A stretch of DNA of 64,000 nt, taken from assembly GCA_938083505.1 (NCBI GenBank), contig CALKCF010000001.1, forward strand, positions 1 through 64,000, in the 5' to 3' direction. This DNA is from an uncultured archaeon. Lineage in GTDB: Archaea; Thermoproteota; Nitrososphaeria_A; Caldarchaeales; Wolframiiraptoraceae. Positions within the stretch are counted from its first letter, which is position 1; each line of letters starts with the position of its first letter. The notes under the pieces are model-generated. The model did no database searches. It saw only the letters and a program-made list of their open reading frames with translations, and was not told the DNA's origin. Of the stretch, positions 57,818 to 64,000 are shown piece after piece. Both the position numbers and the translations under genes were made by a program.

Positions 57818-60193
57818 TCAGTTTTTAGATTTTGTAAGTTCGTTGAGTTTTTCTAAAATTATTTTCTGTTCTATGCTGGCGACGAGCTGCTTCGTTTTGA
57901 TCACAACGTCTGGGTTGACGCTTATTGAATCGATACCACATCTAACTAGGAATTCTGTGAATTCTGGATAAACGCTGGGTGCCTGTCCGCAAATCGAAAC
58001 GGTAACACCATTTTCGTGCGCAACTTTTATCAGATTTTCTATTGCCCTCAGTACAGCCGGGTCTCTTTCGTCAAAATATCTGGCGTCTATGCTGGGCAAT
58101 ATGGCAGAATCTCTGTCGGTCGCCAAGATGAACTGAGTGAGGTCGTTAGAACCTATGCTGAAACCATCGCATAACTTGCTAAACTCATCCGCCATGAGTA
58201 TCGTGCTTGGAACTTCTGCCATCAGCCATACTTTAAAGTCCCTGCCTCTCTCAAGCCCTTCCTCTTTCATTATTTCTAAGACTCTTTCTATTTCCCATAT
58301 GGTCCTCGCCATCGGTATCATGACCCAAACATTCTTCAGACCCCACTCATCTCTAACCTTTTTGATAGCCTTACATTCAAGTCTAAATGCCTTTTCGTAC
58401 CCTTTGCTTATATACCTCGCTGCCCCTCTCCATCCCATCATCGGGTTCGCTTCTTCAACCTCATACTTCTCTCCGCCCTTTAATTCTCTATACTCATTCG
58501 TCTTGAAGTCTGAAAACCTGACCACGACTGGTCTGGGTTGTATCGCCCTAGCAACTTTTGCAACCCCCTCAGCTAGCTTATCCACGAACTTTTCAGGCTG
58601 ACCTATCTCAATGAGATAATTTGGGTGCTCGCCTATGTATGAGGCCAGTATGAACTCTATGCGCATTAAACCTATACCATCAAAGGGCAGATCTGCATAC
58701 TCATCTATCTTTTCTGGAACACCAAGGTTCATCATGATCTTCGTAGCTGTAACTGGCACATTAATTAAAGAGACTGGGGCACCAGAAGGTACGCCTGCGG
58801 GAGTCGGTGGTTTTGCCATTAACTCCTCTACAGCACCTTCGTATACTACGCCCGATTTAGCATCTACTGTGTAAATCTGTCCATCTTTCATAGTCTCGAT
58901 GGCATCACCAGTGCCTACTATACAAGGTATGCCCAACTCTCTTGAAACTATAGCTGCATGACATGTCATTCCGCCTTCTGAGGTCACTATTGCTGATGCT
59001 ATCCGCATTGCAGGTACCCAATCGGGCGACGTCATTCGTGTGACTAATATGTCGCCCTTTCTCATCTGCCCTATGTTCTTTATGTCTAAGATCACCCTGG
59101 CAGTCCCAATAGCAATGCCAGGGCTTGCTGGCAATCCTTTCGTGACAACTTTTCTAGCAACCGTTACGGTTCCAGATTTTACAGGAATTTCTGCAGCTGC
59201 TTTCTGGGACCATACAGTCTCAGGTCTAGACTGAACTATGAAAACATTGTATGGGAAAGGTACATCCATATCTATGCTCCATTCTATGTCCTGTGGTGTG
59301 CCATAATGTTCTTCGATGCGGATAGCGAGTTCTGCGAGCCTATATATCTCTTCATCAGTTAAGCATGGCACATTCTGCTTCGAAAGTGGGACCCCATGCT
59401 TCTCCGTACCACCTTTTGGGCTGTAAATAATCTCGATAGTTTTCCTCGCAACCTTCTTTTCAATTATCTTTAATGTTTTTTTGTCAACAATATATACATC
59501 TGGTGTTGCTTCACCGCTTACTACAGACTCGCCAAGTCCCCAGTTGGCTTCTATTAGTATCTTTGATGTATCACCTGTAATTGGGTGTAGTGTGAACATT
59601 ACGCCAGAGGCTTTTGCATTAACCATCTTCTGAACTACTACACATAAGTACACACTCATATGATCGAATCCTTTCTCATGTCTGTAAAATGTTGCCCTTG
59701 ACGTGAACAAGCTTGCCCAACATTTCTTAACACTTTCCAACAGTTGCTTTTCACCCCTAACGTTTAGGTAAGTTTCTTGCTGTCCAGCGAAGCTGGCCGA
59801 TGTCAAATCTTCAGCAGTTGCACTCGATCTGACGGCTACAGGAGGGTCTATCATACCTACTTTCTCAGCCAACTTCCTGTACGCCGCTATTATCTCTACC
59901 TCTAACTCTTTGGGAATTTCTTGCTTTAATATGAGTCCCCTTATTTCTCTGGTTTTCTCTTCTATCGACTCAGGATTTGAGTAATTTATTTCACTCAATA
60001 TATTATGTATTTGTTCAACAATACCAGCCTTCTCTATAAAATACTTGTATGCATATGCTGTTATTGTAAAACCGGGAGGTACAGGTATGCCAAGTCTTAA
60101 CATTTCGCCTAAGTTCGCACCCTTACCCCCAACTAGGGGTACATCCTCCTTTGTTATTGACTCCAGTTCAAGTATGAACGTGTTCTCTTTCAT
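57818..60193 (-). CDS. ppsA: Phosphoenolpyruvate synthase
   Basis: [57 protein letters not shown]. Confidence 0.97.
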   Translation of the reverse strand: MKENTFILELESITKEDVPLVGGKGANLGEMLRLGIPVPPGFTITAYAYKYFIEKAGIVEQIHNILSEINYSNPESIEEKTREIRGLILKQEIPKELEVEIIAAYRKLAEKVGMIDPPVAVRSSATAEDLTSASFAGQQETYLNVRGEKQLLESVKKCWASLFTSRATFYRHEKGFDHMSVYLCVVVQKMVNAKASGVMFTLHPITGDTSKILIEANWGLGESVVSGEATPDVYIVDKKTLKIIEKKVARKTIEIIYSPKGGTEKHGVPLSKQNVPCLTDEEIYRLAELAIRIEEHYGTPQDIEWSIDMDVPFPYNVFIVQSRPETVWSQKAAAEIPVKSGTVTVARKVVTKGLPASPGIAIGTARVILDIKNIGQMRKGDILVTRMTSPDWVPAMRIASAIVTSEGGMTCHAAIVSRELGIPCIVGTGDAIETMKDGQIYTVDAKSGVVYEGAVEELMAKPPTPAGVPSGAPVSLINVPVTATKIMMNLGVPEKIDEYADLPFDGIGLMRIEFILASYIGEHPNYLIEIGQPEKFVDKLAEGVAKVARAIQPRPVVVRFSDFKTNEYRELKGGEKYEVEEANPMMGWRGAARYISKGYEKAFRLECKAIKKVRDEWGLKNVWVMIPMARTIWEIERVLEIMKEEGLERGRDFKVWLMAEVPSTILMADEFSKLCDGFSIGSNDLTQFILATDRDSAILPSIDARYFDERDPAVLRAIENLIKVAHENGVTVSICGQAPSVYPEFTEFLVRCGIDSISVNPDVVIKTKQLVASIEQKIILEKLNELTKSKN

Positions 60194-60254
60194 TTCTCTT
60201 ACCTCATTAATCTTATTAAGGAATTATATTCCTTGTTAATTTTTAAGCGTTTAG

Positions 60255-60767
60255 CTAGGAGGATGTCTTTAGCTCTACTAATTTGCTAATAGTTACCTTA
60301 TAACTCTTAGGAAGCTTTTTTGACGCCAGCTCAAGGGCTTCCTTAGCCACATTAACGCCGTTTTCATACACAAGAACCCTGAAGACAGGCTTTCCAGGTT
60401 CCAGCCTTGCAGCCCTTCCTATGGGCTTTCCGAATGCCCTTCTCATACCTTCCTGTAGCCTATCGGCATGCGCCCCAAAGATCATCTTGTTTTCCCTTAA
60501 AATGATGTGTGGGTGGGTCTTGAGTTCTAGGAAATAATTTTCACCTAATTTGCTACTAAGCATCTTTCCTATGGACACTCTGGCCGACTCTAGCGCTACA
60601 TCCCTAACCTGAAGCTCTTCCAACGCTATAAGCTCAAGTTCGTGTGTATAGTCTTCTCTGTAAGTTCCCATCGTGTACTTACTTATTCTTGGCTCAGGTG
60701 CACCATGGATATATTCCCCTCTTGTATAGGGCATACCTTCTGTCCTGCGGTAGTTCCTAGCCTTCAT
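60255..60767 (-). CDS. rpl10e: 50S ribosomal protein uL16 (L10e)
   Basis: YTR.EYI.GAP, LESAR, RENKM..GAHADRLQEGMRRAFGKPIG. Confidence 0.96.
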   Translation of the reverse strand: MKARNYRRTEGMPYTRGEYIHGAPEPRISKYTMGTYREDYTHELELIALEELQVRDVALESARVSIGKMLSSKLGENYFLELKTHPHIILRENKMIFGAHADRLQEGMRRAFGKPIGRAARLEPGKPVFRVLVYENGVNVAKEALELASKKLPKSYKVTISKLVELKTSS

Positions 60768-60857
60768 CTATCTACCCTCTTTGCTTATATTACAAGAATC
60801 AGCCGCTAATTAATCTTTATCAAGGTTTGTTTTTAATAAATTTGACCTTCTATAACA

Positions 60858-61475
60858 TCATTCCCTTCTGAGGAATCTTTCTGATGCAATACTAGACGGT
60901 TCTCGAACCAGCAAGAAATAACCGCCGCCTCGGCCGGTCAACTCATCCATTATCCTTTTAGTAATCGCCTTTGCAGGATCTGAGAGCCCGCCCCTTTCAT
61001 GCAAATCTTTAAAGGATTCGAAAGGTTTCTTTTCCCTTTCTTCCAGAATTTTTTGCATAGATTTTTTACCAATGCCAGGAATCAGTTCAAGCGCATGGAG
61101 TCTTGGTGACACGGGTGTGCATGTATTAAAGAACTCTACAAACCTTTGCTCATTTGCCTGAACTATCTTTTGGATAACATCCTCCAATTCAAGTTTAGCA
61201 TTCTCAGTAAGCTCATCATAATTTATACGTCTGAGTATTCTTAAGATGTTTCTCGGAACATCTTTACCTATATAGAGCCTTATGCCTACGCGCGGTCTAT
61301 AATTCTCGTTTATCGCAGCCTCCAGGAGAGTAAAGTATTCTTCACCTAACAATTGGATAAGCAATTCATCCTTATGTATATTTACATGAGAAGTTGAGCT
61401 CCTGAGCAGTGTCGCATCGACTACATCCAATACATAAGCATAATCCTCATATTTCTTCTGCTTTTGCAGATGCAA
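60858..61475 (-). CDS. DUF655 putative RNA-binding protein
   Basis: YEDYAYVLD, GE.YFTLLE, FV.FFN, RLHALEL.PGIGKK, PFESF.D. Confidence 0.9.
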   Translation of the reverse strand: MHLQKQKKYEDYAYVLDVVDATLLRSSTSHVNIHKDELLIQLLGEEYFTLLEAAINENYRPRVGIRLYIGKDVPRNILRILRRINYDELTENAKLELEDVIQKIVQANEQRFVEFFNTCTPVSPRLHALELIPGIGKKSMQKILEEREKKPFESFKDLHERGGLSDPAKAITKRIMDELTGRGGGYFLLVREPSSIASERFLRRE

Positions 61476-61514
61476 TCCCCCTTTTGACGTCCTGCCTTAC
61501 ACGTTCAAAATTCG

Positions 61515-61877
61515 TTATTTGCTTGCCTCTAAAGCTTGCTCAACAAGGTTCAATATACCGCGCATCTTTTCTTCAGAGAATAATAAAAACGATACTAGGC
61601 GACGGTAACCACTCAGGATTGTTCTAAGTTCATCGAGAGTCTCAGGACATATGTCAGCAACTTGGACCGCCTCCTCCCTTTCTAGTCCGTATTCGTTCAT
61701 AAGCTTAGTGATAAGCAACTCAGCCTGCTCAGGAGTTAATTTTGAGTACTTTTTTGTATAATTCAACGTTTTTAGCTGAAATGGGTTTAAGTATTGTTCC
61801 CTTTCTTCCAAGAGCTTCTTGACCTCAGCTATGGGTATAGGTTTAGAACTCAATATCTTCCTTGGCAACTCAGCCAC
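61515..61877 (-). CDS. rpo4: RNA polymerase subunit Rpo4 (RpoF)
   Basis: IPIAEVK, Y.KKYSKL, AVQVADICP.T.DELR.IL; conserved position after rpl21e. Confidence 0.9.
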   Translation of the reverse strand: MAELPRKILSSKPIPIAEVKKLLEEREQYLNPFQLKTLNYTKKYSKLTPEQAELLITKLMNEYGLEREEAVQVADICPETLDELRTILSGYRRLVSFLLFSEEKMRGILNLVEQALEASK

Positions 61878-62166
61878 CTTCCCAAGGTCTGAGATGGTCT
61901 GGCAATATCGTTAGCTTCTTCAACTTATCTCCTAACATTAGAGAGACTTCGTATGCATTACCCTTCTTAGATAGTATTGTGCCTATTTTACCATAAAATC
62001 TTTTATGCGGCATCCCCTTCTGAACTGCCGGGTCAACTACTATTAACACTTTATCACCCGGATTATACTCTCTGATGTATATATCCGGTCTTGGACCACT
62101 TCGCAAGCCATACTTCTTCCTAAGTAGTTGCCTAGTTCTCACCCTGTAACCATGCGAGTTGGGCAT
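61870..62166 (-). CDS. rpl21e: 50S ribosomal protein eL21
   Basis: SHGYR..TR, GDKV.I..DP.VQKGMPHKRFYGK.G, P.HLRP. Confidence 0.96.
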   Translation of the reverse strand: MPNSHGYRVRTRQLLRKKYGLRSGPRPDIYIREYNPGDKVLIVVDPAVQKGMPHKRFYGKIGTILSKKGNAYEVSLMLGDKLKKLTILPDHLRPWEGG

Positions 62167-62174
62167 ACCAGCCT

Positions 62175-63503
62175 TTACTCCTCCACTTCTAGTACTGAAA
62201 GGGTAATATTTATTGGTGTGGTTCCTAGAGTATCAGCTATATTAGGCACAGTCCTCCCACCATCCCCGTTTATCACCTCTTTTATGTAAAGACCTCCTTG
62301 TGCCTTTATCTTGAACTCTACGAGCTTATCTCCTTTCTTTTCAGCCTCTATGAAATAGAGGTATTTTTTCCTAACTTTTTCGCCTCTACGGAAAATTCTG
62401 CTCGGCGTCCTCTGATGTATCAATAAGTTTCTGAATTTCTCGCAGAGTTCTTTTAGCCTTTCCTCATCTACACTCGACTCGAACTCAACAAGCGCAATGT
62501 AAGTTTTTGATGTAATTGCTGATTTTGCTTTCATATCCCTCACATCTTTTTTTGTTGCATAAGATAAAGATAAGACTTCGACCTTACCCTTTGCACACTC
62601 ATTTATAGCATCTTGTAGTTGGTTGAGTTGAACAAATCTCTTCCTTGGTGATTTTAACTCGAGGATAAATGGTCTTCCATTTCCAAGAACTGTTACATCC
62701 ACATCTTCTCTTCCTGCTGCATGAAATTTATAGTCTAGGGCTTCAAAGAAGCCCAGCGCCGGATTTCCTATAAGTTCGCTGATGGAATCCGAATATTCCC
62801 TTCCAGTATGGCCGCAAGCATCACACCCCTTACCTCGACACTTCCTGCATATCCATGGTGCCTGAGGTATGTTAGGTTGTAACTTTTTATAATAACCCTT
62901 GATAAACACAGGATTTGACTTAATAGTAAATGTACCTGAAAAAATGTCCACAATTATAGTTACATCTGGTGTGGCAAATTCAACGGGCTTTTTCATAATT
63001 CCTTCAATAATTTTCCCTATTTCTCTCGTTATGTCGCTCTTGATTTCTTCACCAAAGGTTAAGGCGAACTCGGCCTTTATTTGGTCATCTTTTTCTTTTA
63101 TATGAGCTGGGATGGTTGCGCCTATTAAAAAGTTCGAAAATTCATATTCTTTCAGCTCTTCCACTATCTTTTCAGCCATACGACGAAAATTCTCATCAGT
63201 CAATTTGCCTTCGCAAATATAGCATGTTTTAATTTCGTTAATCTGATAATTGAGCAATTTGGCAAACTTTATCACGTATCTGTTCATGCCATTTTCAGCA
63301 ACCGTTTTCAAAATATTTGCTGCATCCATATTGTTCATTAATAACTTTAGGTTTGCCTCCATCGCTAACACGACTTTAAGATTCTCACCCCTTGCCTTAT
63401 TGCCCACGCCGGATAGTAGCCTCGCAAATTGTCTTCCGAGGCAGTAATCACAAAGTGCATACTTCTGCAACATCCTATAAGCTAAGTCAAGTATCCCCTC
63501 CAT
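62175..63503 (-). CDS. pus10: tRNA pseudouridine(54/55) synthase Pus10
   Basis: LCD.CLGRQF, THUMP-like region, FHAAGREDVDV, GRPF, QRTP.R, GGLYIKE...GD.GRT.P. Confidence 0.95.
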   Translation of the reverse strand: MEGILDLAYRMLQKYALCDYCLGRQFARLLSGVGNKARGENLKVVLAMEANLKLLMNNMDAANILKTVAENGMNRYVIKFAKLLNYQINEIKTCYICEGKLTDENFRRMAEKIVEELKEYEFSNFLIGATIPAHIKEKDDQIKAEFALTFGEEIKSDITREIGKIIEGIMKKPVEFATPDVTIIVDIFSGTFTIKSNPVFIKGYYKKLQPNIPQAPWICRKCRGKGCDACGHTGREYSDSISELIGNPALGFFEALDYKFHAAGREDVDVTVLGNGRPFILELKSPRKRFVQLNQLQDAINECAKGKVEVLSLSYATKKDVRDMKAKSAITSKTYIALVEFESSVDEERLKELCEKFRNLLIHQRTPSRIFRRGEKVRKKYLYFIEAEKKGDKLVEFKIKAQGGLYIKEVINGDGGRTVPNIADTLGTTPINITLSVLEVEE

Positions 63504-63527
63504 TTGTGTTCACCAACTTTGCTCATT

Positions 63528-64000
63528 TCATTCTCCTAATTCTGCACTAAACATACGCTTTGGTAACTTCAAAGGAGACCTTTTTATAGATTTTATCATC
63601 CTTTTTAATAAATTATATTGTTGGAGGAGGTGTTTAACATCCTTCTCGGTCACACCCGATCCTCTAGCTATACGTCTTATCCTCGAGGAGTCTATAATGT
63701 GAGGGTTCTTCCTTTCCTCAGGCGTCATAGAAAGTAAAATCGCCGACCATTTTTCGATCTGCGTCTCAACCTTTTCGAATTCCTCGTCAGGTATATTGGG
63801 AAGTCCAGGTAAAGGTAACTTCGATATTATTTTCTTCAAAGGTCCTAATTTTTTCATTTCTTTAAACTGTTTTATAAAATCTTCTAAGGTAAACTTCCCG
63901 CTTGTAAAACTCTTGAGCCTCTCCTTGTTAAACTCCAACTCGGCAATCTTTACTCTTTCTAGTAAACCCTTTATGTCGCCTATACCTAAGAGCCTACCGA
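63528..64000 (-). CDS. srp54: Signal recognition particle protein SRP54, C-terminal part (gene begins beyond the window)
   Basis: GRLLGIGDI at the window edge; M domain G.FTL.D, KLGPL, SMT.EER.NP, SRIRRIARGSG. Confidence 0.95.
   Translation of the reverse strand, partial: GRLLGIGDIKGLLERVKIAELEFNKERLKSFTSGKFTLEDFIKQFKEMKKLGPLKKIISKLPLPGLPNIPDEEFEKVETQIEKWSAILLSMTPEERKNPHIIDSSRIRRIARGSGVTEKDVKHLLQQYNLLKRMIKSIKRSPLKLPKRMFSAELGE

Overview
This 64 kb window comes from an archaeal chromosome. Archaeal-type aRF1, Rpo4, eL21, Pus10, a BHB tRNA intron and the ADH-synthase/DHQ-synthase-II shikimate route support this. A TACK-group thermophile such as Caldarchaeales/Aigarchaeota is plausible, but that is inference only. 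Bases 1-13 kb lie between tRNA-Lys and tRNA-Leu and are accessory/envelope-rich: a frameshifted surface-protein gene, an arrestin-like protein, an SPFH (YdjI-like) membrane module, and a type IV pilus locus containing two Roadblock-type genes and a pilin split at a C6A5 tract. The rest is mostly housekeeping and metabolism: pyrH, HtrA, aRF1, rpiA, tungsten-type AOR with MoaD, class II RNR, thiamine genes, ETF with a membrane Fe-S oxidoreductase, Cdc48, RtcB, feoAB with a DtxR-type box, a proline dehydrogenase-like pair, heme o synthase, ppsA and a translation/transcription cluster. The standout signal is absent from the ORF track. The 8-gene lysC-asd-aroA'-aroB'-aroD-aroE-aroK-aroA operon is preceded by a 23-codon leader ORF (MRDCLFFMAGYSWYCYSQPDASL; Phe, Phe, Tyr, Trp, Tyr, Tyr). 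That ORF sits inside mutually exclusive RNA helices, one of which masks the lysC Shine-Dalgarno, which is the architecture of an aromatic-amino-acid-sensing attenuator in an archaeon. A second candidate translational control is an in-frame uORF ending in two UAG codons ahead of aRF1. No CRISPR array, rRNA, integrase or transposase was seen. Product calls come from motif recognition only; no database searches were run.
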